A DNA stretch of 63,412 nt, filler included, from Thraustochytrium aureum (GCA_012862495.1; 5 parts of 5 records of this genome joined end to end with filler, not necessarily neighbours in it), one strand, 5' to 3'. Positions 23,278 to 35,755 are shown, numbered from the whole stretch's first letter. Translations and numbers: made by a program. Notes: generated by a model from the letters alone, not told the origin.

Positions 23278-23925
23278 ATGAGCGGGATGGAGGCCGCCGT
23301 CAAGGATGTGCTTGCTCAGATCAGCAAGAACGCGAAAGGCGGGTACGCGACGCCGTACGAGGCGGATGGGCTTCGTGCACGCCGTGGACTGGGAGCGCGA
23401 ACGCTGGCTGCAAGCGCTTGGTGTGGTGCACGTTGGACTCTGGGCAGTGGCGTGGCTGACGCGGGGGAGCGCGACGGCGCACGGCGCGCTTTTTCTGGTC
23501 AATTGCCTGCTGGTTTTTGTGAGCGAGGGACTCAACGCGTATGGGGCGGCGCACTGGCGCGAGTTTTCAACGCAAAACTACTTTGACCCGAGCGGTAGGT
23601 ATTTTGAAAGGCTGGCAGCCGCGCGTTGCACTTGTTTCGCACGAGCTGCGCCGCTGACGAGGTTGTTTTTGGAGTCGGGCGCCGTAGGTGTTTTCGCTGG
23701 CGTCGTGTACGCCGGGCCCATCATCCTCCTCTTGCTGGCGCAACTCATCAACTTGCTCCGACTGACGTCAACCATGCTGATCAAGCAAAAGGTAAGTTGT
23801 GCGCTTCCGCGGCGCCAGCGGCAGTGCAATTACCTGACGGGCCTGCCAACTGCGACCAGCGTATCGAGCTGGGCGTCGACAAGCGACCTGCGGACATCGC
23901 TTCGCAAGACAAGAAAAGGCAATAG
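23278..23925 (+). CDS. TMEM18: Transmembrane protein 18; introns 23595-23687 and 23792-23859; frameshift at 23364-23365
   Basis: FVHAVDW...E.LN.YGAAHWREFSTQNYFDPSG|VF..VVYAGP signature; GT-AG introns with CTGAC branch points. Confidence 0.9.
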
Positions 23926-24260
23926 GTCTTTCTTTGGCCTCTGCGTGCCTTGGAAGCGTCAGACGCGTCTATCCCGAGCCCGGCCCACAGATTGCGAGGG
24001 CTGGTATGGGGCAGCCGCTTGAGCAGCGCGAGGTGTGTCGGTGCGGGCTGTGGCGGAGTGCGACAGGGCGCCAGCAGTGCGGTAGGTAGTTTCAATCAAG
24101 ATTTCCTTTGTTTTCCAAAAAAAAATGTAGAGCCCTCGCTGGCTGGTTGCCTGCGCAACGGAAGGTGGCGCCGAAACCCAGCCAGCATGCGCAGTCAGCC
24201 CAACGCCGCGCTCGGGGCAGCCGCGCCAACTCCCAGCCGCAGCCGTCATCGCTGGGCGAT

Positions 24261-26656
24261 TCACCGCGGCTTGCGCAAGCGCAGGCGCGGGTAGCTGAGG
24301 CAGCCCTTGGCGTTCGGGGTCGAGTCGGCAGAGCAAGGAGTCGGAACTGGCGGCGGCGGCACCGCCTGCGGGAGAGCCGACTCGTCAAGGTCGTCGTGGT
24401 CAACCTTTTGCTTGATCCGCTGCGGCCCGCCAAAACCGTCCTGGCCATCTGTGGATAGTCGCTTCTTTGACTTTGCGCCGCCCGGACGAGGAATAAACGA
24501 CTCGCGGCGCGACTTTGCTTTTTGCTGCGCGCGCGAGGCTCCTCGGCACCTTCTGGGTGGGACGCGTCGTCCGTGGAGTTTGCCGCCGCGTTCTCCTTGG
24601 CAAGAGCAGGCTGTTCCGAACTCGCGCCCCCTAGAGATGTGCGCAAAGCGCTCGCTGCTGAACGGGCCGACTTGAAGCTGGCACCAGAAGGGTCGCGGAG
24701 CTGCGCGCTCTCCATCTCGAGCTGCCGGTTGCGCTCGTGCAGCTCTGCGATCTCTGCCTGCTGGCGCTGAAGCGCCGCTTGCAACTCGAGCATACTAGCG
24801 CGCTGCTCCTCGAGAGCGCGCTGCGCAGCCTTTTCTACCTCGCTCACGAGCTTTTTAGCGCTTACCTTGGACTTTGAGGCCGCAAGCTGTGCAAGAGTGC
24901 GGTTCTGCATGTCCAGGGCTCCGACTCGAGCCCGCAGCTGCTCGATGGCCTCCATGCTGGCGTGCACTGGGGCCCCGTGCTGGTTCGCCTCGCTGTCCAT
25001 GTCTGGCGCGTTCCACGCGTCGACGATGATACTCTGGCGCTGCGCGCTCGTGACTGAAGCCAGCGACTGTCCGCGAGCCCCGGCCGTGGCGCTTGGTGTA
25101 CTTTCGCGCACCCAGGTGGCTCGGTCAGCGACGGCGCGGCCGTTTGGTGAGCCCATCGACGCGTCACTTTCAGCCTCAGGGCTCGCCGCTTGGCTCGCCT
25201 CCAAACTGTCCCCCTCGCGGTCCGTTTCCGAAATGGTTGAGAAAACGGCCTTCGAGTCGCTGGCGCGGCGGCCCACGTCAACGTCGGCGACCGAGGTGGA
25301 GGAGAGGCGCGAGATGGTCAACGAGAGGCGCTCGCGTAGCTCTTGGTTTTCTGCAACCAGGTCGTCGATACGGGTTGCCTCCTCCGAGTCGACAAGGGCG
25401 CGCTTGTTGGTGGCCGCGCTCCCTCTGATCTTGATGTCTTTTGCGCGGTTGGCGTACTTTAGCGTGTTGTGCGACTCTTCGTAGCATTTGTGGGATGGGT
25501 TGATCGCTGCAATCATCGAGAGGCAGCAGCTGCCCTCCAGCGAGGACTTGAGGAGGTGCGTGAGCTTGCTGTCGCGGTATTTCACGCGGGAGGCCTTCTT
25601 GGAGCTGAGAGCGTTGATGCAGTTGGCGAGGGCCAGGAGCGAGCGGTTGATGTTTGCCCCCTCTCGCAGCCTCGCGCCTCTGTTTTGCGTGGACGCGGCG
25701 CGTTCGCTGCCGGCAAGGTCTATCAGGGACAGGGTGGACGTCGTCACCGCGCGCTTGGGCTTTTCACCTCCAAGGCGACGGCGCTGGCCGTCGACGGGAG
25801 GAGGGGGCTGCTCGATTTCGATGCACTCGACGTTGACTTGGATCACGGCGTGCGAGCGCGAGGATACCTGGTTGGCCGCCGTGGACTCCATCCGGCGGCG
25901 TGTGTTGCCCTGACTGAGCAGCTTGAGGACCTCGCCCACTTCGCAGACGGTTACCTCGGTGAGCCCCAACACCTTGACGCGAAAGTCGTTCGGGTCCTCG
26001 CAGGGCTGCAGCGGGCGCTGCTTTTCGGTCAAAAGGTCGTAGATCGTCTCGTTGTACACCTCGAGGTAGCTGAGTTTGACGCTCCATTCGCGGGTTGTGC
26101 GCTCCGGGTTGCTTGCCGTGAACTCGGCGCCGAGCTGTTCGATGCCGCGAAACATGTCGATCAGGGCGCGCGGCATGATCCCGGGGTCCTGTTCATTGCC
26201 CATCATAGTGTGTGTCTTGCCGGCCCCAGTGGCCCCATATGCGAAAACGGTGCAGTTCTTGCCGCGGAGCGTTTCCATGACGAGCTCGCGGGTCGTGGCC
26301 TCGTAAACCTCTTGTTGGGTCGATTCGGGGCCGAGGACCTTGTCGAACTGGTACTCGTGAGTGGCACCCATTTCCGACTTGAGCACCGCGCCTTGCCGGC
26401 CTTCTTTGCTGATGCTAACAACTTTGTCTTGGCAGTATGACCGCACCACGTTGCGCTCGCCGCGCTCTCTTTCGGTGCCGGAGAGCGGCCGGGTGCGGAC
26501 GGACACCATCATGTGGTTCTCGCCCTCCACGGGTGGGCGCGCGGCGTCTGGGGACGCTGGCGCGGCGCTTGCGGCGCTTGGCCGGGGCGCCAACGACAGC
26601 CTTGACTTTCGGCGGTTGGCGAGCTGCTGCTGCTGCTGCCGCGCTTGTTGGTTCAT
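24261..26656 (-). CDS. Kinesin-8 family (KIF18/19-like) motor; probable frameshift near 24500-24560
   Basis: AYGATGAGKTHTMMG, TAANQVSSRSHA, LIDLAGSERA, EGANINRSLLALANCINAL, YRDSKLTHLLK, YEESHNTLKYA.RAK. Tail reads better as RRESFIPRP...KPR* ending at 24261. Confidence 0.93.
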
Positions 26657-27083
26657 GGTATTGCTAGGCAAGGCCAATCTATCGCGCAGTAGCACGAGCG
26701 CAGAGCCCCGCGCGGTTTGCTCTCGCAGGTGGCCTGTGCGTGCTGTGACGCAGGTGACGCGATGGCTTGCTTTCAGACCTGCGCAGCGGCGAGCGAGCGA
26801 GCGAGCGTGCGAGCGAGCGAGCGAGCTAGCAGCTCCCGTCGTTCGCACGGCTCCAAGTGCCCGTGCAGCCGCCGTCCGTCCGCGCGCGGCTCTGCTGCGC
26901 CTCGAGCGCGTTGCTGCGTCGGTCAGCTGCTCCAAATTGGGGGGCGGGCGGTTTGTCTGCGTTTTTTCTTTCTTTGGTGGCAGTTTTTTTCTTCTTGTTG
27001 TGGCTCTCCTGGGTCACGGCGGTGGCGGACCATTGATCGACCAGCGGGTCGCCGAGCTCTTTCTCGCCAAGGGCTTGCCGGCC

Positions 27084-27171
27084 GCATGATTGCATGATTG
27101 CATGATGATTGCATGATTGCATGATTGCATGATTGCATGATGATTGCATGATTGCATGATTGCATGCATGA
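27084..27171. repeat. GCATGATT octamer satellite with periodic 11-bp variant
   Basis: Directly visible; (8,8,11,8,8,8,11,8,8) unit pattern. Confidence 0.95.
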
Positions 27172-27928
27172 CTGGTTAATTAAAATTGAAGATGGGTGCG
27201 TGGATGGCAGCGGNNNNNNNNNNNNNNNNNNNNNNNNNNNNNNNNNNNNNNNNNNNNNNNNNNNNNNNNNNNNNNNNNNNNNNNNNNNNNNNNNNNNNNN
27301 NNNNNNNNNNNNNNNNNNNNNNNNNNNNNNNNNNNNNNNNNNNNNNNNNNNNNNNNNNNNNNNNNNNNNNNNNNNNNNNNNNNNNNNNNNNNNNNNNNNN
27401 NNNGACGATGAAGGCCAAGTTGCGAACGAATCCCGCACGGAAGCTCTCGCCAAGTGTTGTTTGATCTTCAGGCTGTTCCATCTTCGGGATGAAATGCTTC
27501 GGCCTCTGCCGCCGCGTCCGGACGCCACCAGGCCGAGCGGAACGAGGACGCTCACATCGCCTCGCCTGATGCGGTTCCCAGGAGGCGGCCAATTCCATGG
27601 GGCGAGGAGGAAGGCCTGCTGCTGCCGCGCGCAGGAACAAACAGGATCGTCCGCCGTCAGCGCAGCCGCCCAAAGCGGACGGTTGGCGGCGTCCTCAGAG
27701 TTCAGATCAGAATTCAGAATTCAGAACAGATTCGCTGTTTAGCGGGCCTAACGGGCCTGAGACCCGCAGTGCGGAATTGGGCCGTTCGTACCGGTAACGG
27801 AAGGAGCACTGACGGGCAGGCTCGCTTCGCGCAGCGGCGCAGGACACGCTGGCTCGGCGGCAGCGGCTGGCGAGGACTGACTGGGTCTAGCAGGACTGGA
27901 GATCCTGGGTGCCGGAGAAGGCGGAGAA

Positions 27929-29136
27929 TGGGTAGAAGCGGGCCAAACGGGGGCGTGTATATTGACCTTGCCGGGGAAGAACGCAAGGCTGCCGAAAAAG
28001 CTGCCGCGGCGGCGGCAGAGCAAGCTGCCAGCGATGCGGCGGAGAAGAAACGGCGAATTCTTGACCGGAGAAGCGAGCTGTGAGTTTTTGCGCGCGGTAA
28101 CGGGGATGGGTGACTTGGGCTCGGTCGGTGCGCGAGGGAACTGGGACAGACGCGAGACTGACACGGCGTCGCCTCTTCGTCGCTTCAAGGACATGGGCGT
28201 ACACTTTTTTCGTGCTCGGCTGCGGCCCGGCTGCCCTAGCGCTGGTTACCGTGCTTGTTGGTCCTCTAGTACACAAGGTCGCGGACAAGTGTGCTAAGCA
28301 GCCGCTTCACAGTACGTTTCCGCGCGCTATTTCGTAGGTGTCGGTGTCCTGGAGCGCGCTGACGTGCCAGAGCAGCATTCGTTCAACTCTCCATTGCGCT
28401 TGCGTACGCCTACTTGTTTCTGTACACGTGGATGTTGATGGGCCCGATCCCCTTCAAGGGCCGCACCAAGCCGCTCAAAGTAGCATTTGGCGCGTTTGCT
28501 CTGTTGTGCACCGTCGTGTATGGCATTGGAGCCGTGCTCTTTGCGCAGGGCTCGGCATGCGTAAGTGTTTGCGTGCTGTGCTACCGAGACTAGAGATGGC
28601 GCCAGCTGTCCGGTTGGTGAAGCTGACTGTCGCGCCGTGCGCAGGCTGAAGAAGCACCAACGCAATACAGGTACACCCAGCTGCAGTTGGCCCTCTTTCT
28701 TATTGGCGGAGGTAGCGCTGCAGCCAAGTTCATCCGTGAACTGGTCGAAACCAAGCTTGAGGAGCGTCGCAGAGCAAAGCGCAAGGAGCTCAAGGCTGCA
28801 ATACAGAACGAGGTCGCTGCGGAAGAGGAGGAGGAGGAGGAGGAGGAAGCAGAGGAGGAAGCACAAGCCGGGGACGAGGAAGAGGACGAGGAAGAGGCCG
28901 AAGAAGATGAAGAAGGACAAGAAATTGCAGAGGATGTTTGCGACAAGGAAGACGAAGGCCAGGCCAACGACGGAAACAGCCGACGCGTGACCGGCAGCAA
29001 GGATGACACGAATCGAGTGGACGGCGCCCCGCTCGACAAACCCGAGCAAGCAAAGGCGGGAGATAGCGGCAGTGAAGCAGCCCTGGGGACGAGCGCTGCG
29101 GCGGGTGCGGCACCTGGCATCTCTAGAGAAACTTGA
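27929..29136 (+). CDS. Four-exon multi-pass membrane protein of unknown function with acidic C-terminal tail (exons 27929-28079, 28190-28311, 28376-28560, 28645-29136)
   Basis: Three GT-AG introns with CTGAC branch points join in phase. Hydrophobic segments TWAYTFFVLGCGPAALALVTVLVG, FVQLSIALAYAYLFLYTWML, VAFGAFALLCTVVYGIGAVLF, LQLALFLIGGG; poly-E tail. Confidence 0.75.
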
Positions 29137-30050
29137 TACTACTCCATGGTGTTGGTGGGTTAACTACAANNNNNNNNNNNNNNNNNNNNNNNNNNNNNNN
29201 NNNNNNNNNNNNNNNNNNNNNNNNNNNNNNNNNNNNNNNNNNNNNNNNNNNNNNNNNNNNNNNNNNNNNNNNNNNNNNNNNNNNNNNNNNNNNNNNNNNN
29301 NNNNNNNNNNNNNNNNNNNNNNNNNNNNNNNNNNNNNNNNNNNNNNNNNNNNNNNNNNNNNNNNNNNNNNNNNNNNNNNNNNNNNNNNNNNNNNNNNNNN
29401 NNNNNNNNNNNNNNNNNNNNNNNNNNNNNNNNNNNNNNNNNNNNNNNNNNNNNNNNNNNNNNNNNNNNNNNNNNNNNNNNNNNNNNNNNNNNNNNNNNNN
29501 NNNNNNNNNNNNNNNNNNNNNNNNNNNNNNNNNNNNNNNNNNNNNNNNNNNNNNNNNNNNNNNNNNNNNNNNNNNNNNNNNNNNNNNNNNNNNNNNNNNN
29601 NNNNNNNNNNNNNNNNNNNNNNNNNNNNNNNNNNNNNNNNNNNNNNNNNNNNNNNNNNNNNNNNNNNNNNNNNNNNNNNNNNNNNNNNNNNNNNNGGACC
29701 TTCGAGCAGTCTGTTCCGGCTTCCAATGCGAATGTTCCGGTTAGAATCACAAACGTCCTCTTTTACTGAAAATCCACGAGATTTGAGCGCGCAGGTTGGA
29801 GCCTTGAGCAGCTCGTTTGCCTCGTCGTTTGCGGAAACAACAGCTGAGCGTCGTAGCCCCGGCTTTTGAAATATCTACTAGTAGAGGCTAGAGCAGAAAA
29901 ACTAAACGTAGGTACGGGTATTTGGTTCAGCGCAAACGCGGTCTCAACACCAATTCTGAACTGCGCGCGCGCTACACGGCACTGGCAGGAGCTCTTGAGC
30001 TACATCAAGTCTCCCTCCACCTAGTACTTGGTTGGCCAAATTGCTCGGCT

Positions 30051-31379
30051 TCAGGGGCTGTGCGGCCGGCCGAGAAAGTCAATTAAAAAGTCGAAGGTCT
30101 GATCCTTGTCGAGAGCAAGGCAGTAGTCCTCCCTGCGAATGACGCGCCGGCGCGCCTCGTTGGTCATGTTGAGCGCACGAATCGTGATCTCCTCCACGAA
30201 CAACGCCGACGCCTCTGTCATGATGGCCACAGACTCTGTTGTCAACTTGGGGGTGTCTGGGTCGAGCTTCATAATCTTTTTGACCCGGGCCACCGGGATC
30301 ATTGGCTGCTTGATCCGGGCGAAGTCGGCAACAGAGAGCTGCTGTGTCCGCTTGGTCCAGAATAGGCCCAGGACCTCGTCCAGGTCAAAGTTTTGCGGTT
30401 GGCCGTCGTGGTCGCTTTCGGTCTCCAAAGCCTTTGCAGGCAAGGCGGTTCGTGTGCCTGGGGTAATTAATGGACCTCCGATGCCACTTGCGCTCGCCGA
30501 GGTGAGCGCGACAACCGCCTCTGCGGCGGCGGCTGCTGCTGAAGCCGCTGCCTGAGCGAAGATTGTTTCTGGGATGACAGGCGCAAGGTTGTCGTTGAGG
30601 CCTGGCTTGCCAACGGGTTGGGCGCCACCTGTCGTCTCAGGGGCGGGGCGGAGTGCGCGGCGTGCCTGCCGCTCACCACGACGATCCGTCGCTGCACTGT
30701 TGCTTGCACTATTGCTGCGGCTGAACTGGAGCCGACCAACGGCAAATGGCGACGGTGAGGAAGAGGAGGAGGAAGAGGAGTAGGCCGGCCAGGCCGGTGA
30801 CCGTTGCACGCCCGCCACAGGCGCGTTCGGTTGGGGCCGGGAGGCACGACTGGCAAATTGGTCAAAGTCCGGCGCTGGTGAAACTTGGTTGCGCCGCGAT
30901 TTCGATTGCCCAGATCCGGCTGGAGCCTTTGTGTACGCTTCCCGCACTGGTGGCGGGGAAAGCGATTCAAATCCAAGGTTGTGCGCCTCGTCATCAGCGG
31001 CCGCCCCAGACGGGATTTGCAAGTCATAGTAAGCAGGCGCTCCAAAATCGGAGCTGTCAAAGTCTGCGAAAAATCCTGGGCCGCCATGATCTGGGACAAC
31101 ACGCGGGTTTGGGGTGGCCGGATCGCACCCCTGGCCTGCACCGCCCGGCGACCTCGCCAGATCATGATGTACCATGCCGTCGGGGATTGGCATGGAGAGT
31201 GGCCCACTGTGCTCGAACGGAACTTCCTCGCGGGCCAAGGCCTCCGCGAAATCAGCGTAAATGCCATGCACCGGGCTTATTGAGTCGCTTGGGGCGGGCG
31301 CTGGCGCTCTTGGGGACTTGGCGTAGTCGCTGCCCTCATTGTTTGGCGTTGTTCGCGTGTCACGGCGACGGTTTGCCAT
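30051..31379 (-). CDS. NFYC: NF-YC/HAP5-type histone-fold protein with long disordered N-terminus
   Basis: IPVARVKKIMKLDPD...ALFVEEITIRA...EARRRVIRRED...DQTFDFLIDFL. Confidence 0.85.
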   Translation of the reverse strand: MANRRRDTRTTPNNEGSDYAKSPRAPAPAPSDSISPVHGIYADFAEALAREEVPFEHSGPLSMPIPDGMVHHDLARSPGGAGQGCDPATPNPRVVPDHGGPGFFADFDSSDFGAPAYYDLQIPSGAAADDEAHNLGFESLSPPPVREAYTKAPAGSGQSKSRRNQVSPAPDFDQFASRASRPQPNAPVAGVQRSPAWPAYSSSSSSSSPSPFAVGRLQFSRSNSASNSAATDRRGERQARRALRPAPETTGGAQPVGKPGLNDNLAPVIPETIFAQAAASAAAAAAEAVVALTSASASGIGGPLITPGTRTALPAKALETESDHDGQPQNFDLDEVLGLFWTKRTQQLSVADFARIKQPMIPVARVKKIMKLDPDTPKLTTESVAIMTEASALFVEEITIRALNMTNEARRRVIRREDYCLALDKDQTFDFLIDFLGRPHSP

Positions 31380-33036
31380 ATGTCGATGCGGCCGACAGAC
31401 TTGGCCAGACGTCGCGCTGTCGCTGGCCCAGCGAGAAGGCGAAACGAGCAGCGCGCNNNNNNNNNNNNNNNNNNNNNNNNNNNNNNNNNNNNNNNNNNNN
31501 NNNNNNNNNNNNNNNNNNNNNNNNNNNNNNNNNNNNNNNNNNNNNNNNNNNNNNNNNNNNNNNNNNNNNNNNNNNNNNNNNNNNNNNNNNNNNNNNNNNN
31601 NNNNNNNNNNNNNNNNNNNNNNNNNNNNNNNNNNNNNNNNNNNNNNNNNNNNNNNNNNNNNNNNNNNNNNNNNNNNNNNNNNNNNNNNNNNNNNNNNNNN
31701 NNNNNNNNNNNNNNNNNNNNNNNNNNNNNNNNNNNNNNNNNNNNNNNNNNNNNNNNNNNNNNNNNNNNNNNNNNNNNNNNNNNNNNNNNNNNNNNNNNNN
31801 NNNNNNNNNNNNNNNNNNNNNNNNNNNNNNNNNNNNNNNNNNNNNNNNNNNNNNNNNNNNNNNNNNNNNNNNNNNNNNNNNNNNNNNNNNNNNNNNNNNN
31901 NNNNNNNNNNNNNNNNNNNNNNNNNNNNNNNNNNNNNNNNNNNNNNNGCTGCTTTTTAGGCAGGAATCACGACAGATCTGGCCCGCGGCCGCCGGCCTGC
32001 CTGCCCGCCCGCCCGTCACACGGGCTCAGAGTTACGCCGCGCACGTAGCACGTGTAGCACGTACTAGGCTTGGTTGGCAATGCCAACGCAGGCCCTTTCC
32101 TGTTCAGTCCAATGGTTGTCCAACACACGCGCTCGGAGGCCCGAATCGCTGCAATAGAGCATCATCCGCCGCCAGACGCTGCCAAAAACGCGCACGCAGG
32201 GCCTGTTGCTGCCCCGTTGTTCGCACCGGTGCGGATCGCAGTCGAGCCTGGCCACGTTGCAGCCAGCGACGGCGTCTTCAGGCGAGCCTCGGCCGGCGCT
32301 TGCTCTTCGCGCGCGCAGTCCCAGCACGTGACGGCGTCGTTGGAGGTCTACGGCAGGCCCCGTCGGGCCTTGTGGCCAATGGGGCCTGGACTCGCATTCC
32401 TATTGGTCGAACGGCGCCAACAGCAGCGCGCTTTGCCGTGGCACCTTTAGCGAAACGCGCGAACATCACTCGACGCGAGTTCGGCGGAACGCGATGTGCG
32501 TTGATTTTCGTTCGAGAGATCCGTTAGGTGGGAATGAAGCAGCTCGCCGCGGTACAAGTGCGCTCCCCGGCCTCCAAGCTGGTCGCACTACTGCTGGAGC
32601 TTGTCGTTGGCGGAAACTGAAACAAGGGCGAGCCATTGTGATGAGTGGGTGAATGCTCGATTCACGCGATGAGCAGGGCATCTCGCAACTCGTGTTTCTG
32701 TCGTCTTGGAGGCGAGCTCGCCTGCAGGAGGAGGGGGTTTGCCGCCCACTTCCCTGACTCTTCGTGCTTGCTGTCAAGTCTGTTTCGCAAGGGGAAGGAA
32801 GGCGTTCAGCGGCTCTCCTTGCTGACAAGGTTGGTCGCGCGGTGAATCGGCCAAGCACACAATTTGGCGGCAATTTCGCCCTCTTTTTTTCGTCGTCTGC
32901 CGCGCCAAAGGGCAGTGGCTGCTGCAAAGCAGCATCCGCGGGGCTACGCGGCCTCGGCGGGCCTGCGCGCGCGCGCTGGCACTGATTGCCTCGTGGCTGC
33001 CGCACCGCTTGTCGATATCGCAAGGGCCGCGGGCCT

Positions 33037-34934
33037 ATGGGAGCACACGCGAGCCTGCCTGCTGGGCTTGGAGCTCAAGAGCACGGCGCTGTTGTCGCAG
33101 AGTTGGCGGCCGCCATCGAGGCGACGTACCTTGATGCACTACAGGCAGCCCAGAGGGCGGCCGGAGCAAGGTCCACCGCAACGGGTGCGGTTCCGGGGGC
33201 AGTTGCGGCCGGCCGCGTAAGCTCAGACGAGCTGTTTGGTATGGTTCTGGACAAGGTGCTCTCCAAGCACCCCAACCTGTTGCCTGCTGTCCATATTGTG
33301 GCGGGGGGCCGCAGAGCACCGCACGCCCTTCATCGCGCCGCGGAGCCCGCGCACGACAAGACCCTGGCTTCAAGCAGTGATTCATGGCGAGCAGGCGAGC
33401 GAGTGCCACCCAAGAGCAAGCCTGGCGCTGTAGCCCGCGCTGCAGCAGCCGGCGTCGCCGCGGCATTGCAAGAGCGGCCTATCGCAAGACTGCACCCCGT
33501 AGGCGGTGAGAGCGGCAGAACAGATGGAGATGGCAAGTCGAAGGCGAGCGGTGAGAGCGCAAGGGGCACCATCACAGGCAAANNNNNNNNNNNNNNNNNN
33601 NNNNNNNNNNNNNNNNNNNNNNNNNNNNNNNNNNNNNNNNNNNNNNNNNNNNNNNNNNNNNNNNNNNNNNNNNNNNNNNNNNNNNNNNNNNNNNNNNNNN
33701 NNNNNNNNNNNNNNNNNNNNNNNNNNNNNNNNNNNNNNNNNNNNNNNNNNNNNNNNNNNNNNNNNNNNNNNNNNNNNNNNNNNNNNNNNNNNNNNNNNNN
33801 NNNNNNNNNNNNNNNNNNNNNNNNNNNNNNNNNNNNNNNNNNNNNNNNNNNNNNNNNNNNNNNNNNNNNNNNNNNNTGCTTCTCCGCGGTTCGTCGGTCT
33901 CGAAGGGCGCGCTTGCAGCCCAGCGCGTGCCTGCGACCAAGATCACCCACAAGGCAGCAAGTATTTTAGGCGACGAGCATCTCGCGTCGCAAGCGCGAAA
34001 TGATCGTGTAGCAGCAAATGGTGTGACGGCCAAGAGCCTTGACCGCATGGGTGCGTCGGCCCTTTTGCCGGAGCAGGTGAAGAAACGGCTCGGTGACGAG
34101 GACCTTTTGCCGAGCCAAGTCAGAGCTATGCGGTCTGATGCGGAGCGCGAAAGATCGGAGCGCGAGCGCAAGCTCAAGCTAGATATGGACAAGTTGCTCG
34201 CGCAGAAAGCACCGGCGGCGCCGGGAACGGGGGAGCTTGCCATAGCCAAGTTCGGGGAGCGCATCAACACCAAGGCGCTCAATATCCTAGACGACGAGGA
34301 CCTGCGCAAGCTGGCGCGCGAGGCGGTCACCGACACGATGGCGCCAAACACAAAGGCGCTCAAGATACTCGGCGACGAGCGCGTGCTGCCGGAGAAACTG
34401 AAAGACAGGGTTGGCGAAGCAATGACCACGGCTCAGCTTGCGCAGATGCGAAAGACAGAGGCGCTGGAGAAGGAGGAGCATGCCAAGAAGCTGAGGCGAG
34501 ACCTGGATGCCCTCCTCGCCGCCAAGCCCGGTGACGAGCAGCTCCAGGTCACGACGACCCCGACGTCTCGCAATGTGAAAAAGATCATCCAACTGCAAGG
34601 TGACGCCGCGGTGTTGCCAGAAAAGCTGCAGAAATGTCTCGGCGACAACATGTCCTCAGCGCAGCGCAAGGCCATGATGCTTGCAGACCAGAAGGGCCAC
34701 GACAGTGCTGCGTCGCACGTCAACCTGTTCCGCTCCAAGGCCACCGAGACGCTCTCGCGGCCCATGACCGCTAGTGCTGCGTTTGCTCGGGTGAGAGCCG
34801 TTCGCGCCTTTACTGCGCTGCTGGGATCCCCAGCAGCGGACGAAGCGCAAGATTCCGCCTGCCGCTCGTCAGGCGAGGCTGGACACGCGCCCGCAAAAGC
34901 ACCAGGCGTAGCTGTCGCGTGCGATTGTGACTGA
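33037..34934 (+). CDS. Hypothetical protein with internal ~95-aa helical repeats (spans a gap; 5' part uncertain)
   Basis: ORF 33927-34934 has protein-like composition and repeated KA..ILGDE...LPE.(L/V)K..LG(D/E) units. Confidence 0.65.
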
Positions 34935-35029
34935 CTGACCGACTGACACTGATTGAAGCCACTTGAAGAGTAGCTCTAGCTAGAGGCCTACTTTGAAAAA
35001 AGAAGATCGAAGACAGGGGCTCTCTGCGC

Positions 35030-35300
35030 GCGACGACGGAGGCCGCGTGCTGAAGGGGGCCCCAGAGCGACAACCAAAAGTCTGAAGATGGCGCAGCGCC
35101 TGACGGATAATGGCCATGCGATGGTGGTTGCACCACGCAACCTTTTCGTGGAGCAACGAAGCCTGCGTGCCCCATCCACCCGAGGCCTCGATCATGAAGG
35201 GTAGGAAGGTATTGCCGGCGAGCGACACGTTGGCTGCATGATGCTTGTTGTTGTTTTTCAAGCTCCGCGACGCGGCCCGCTGGTAGGAACGGGATGGGAT
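35030..35300 (-). mobile_element. Degenerate fragment of an RLE-type (CRE/R2-like) non-LTR retrotransposon C-terminus
   Basis: K.NKH...AGNTFLPFMIEASGGWG..A.LL, then shifted frame IFRLLVVAL....ARGLRRR; this resembles the K..KY...F.P...ET.G.WG / QRLSVALQR.NA pattern. Confidence 0.6.
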
Positions 35301-35755
35301 CTCGCGCTCGACCTTGAAAGATGAGAGTCGTTGCACAACCACAGCCATCGGCAAAATTAAAACTAGAGTGAACTCAAGTTTCACTCTTTAAAGCGGTGGA
35401 GTTATTTAGCCGAAACTGCCGGTCCTGCGCTGCCGCCTTGTCTGGTGTGTGGCGCGCGTCCACCTTGGCCATGTGGCGCCGGCAGCTTTTGGTGGACAGC
35501 AGCCACCGCCATGGCCCTTGCCAAGAGCAGTTGCAGGCGCGTGTCAGTCAGTCAGTCTGCCTGCTGACCTTTTTCGTCGCGCCTTGGTTGCTTGAAGTTG
35601 AGCTTGCGCAACTCGAACTCGCGCACCAAGTGCCTCTGGCGCAGAACGGAACCCCGTTGAAAAACAGCCAGCCAGCGCCCCGAGCAGGCGCATAGCATAC
35701 GTCAAACCCCAATCATCAACCGGAGTTCCAAGCAGAGTGCCCATCAGTAAAAGAT

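Noticed and set aside
18433..26440. Long antisense ORFs opposite kinesins and the oxidoreductase
   Set aside because: Shadow ORFs expected from high GC codon bias
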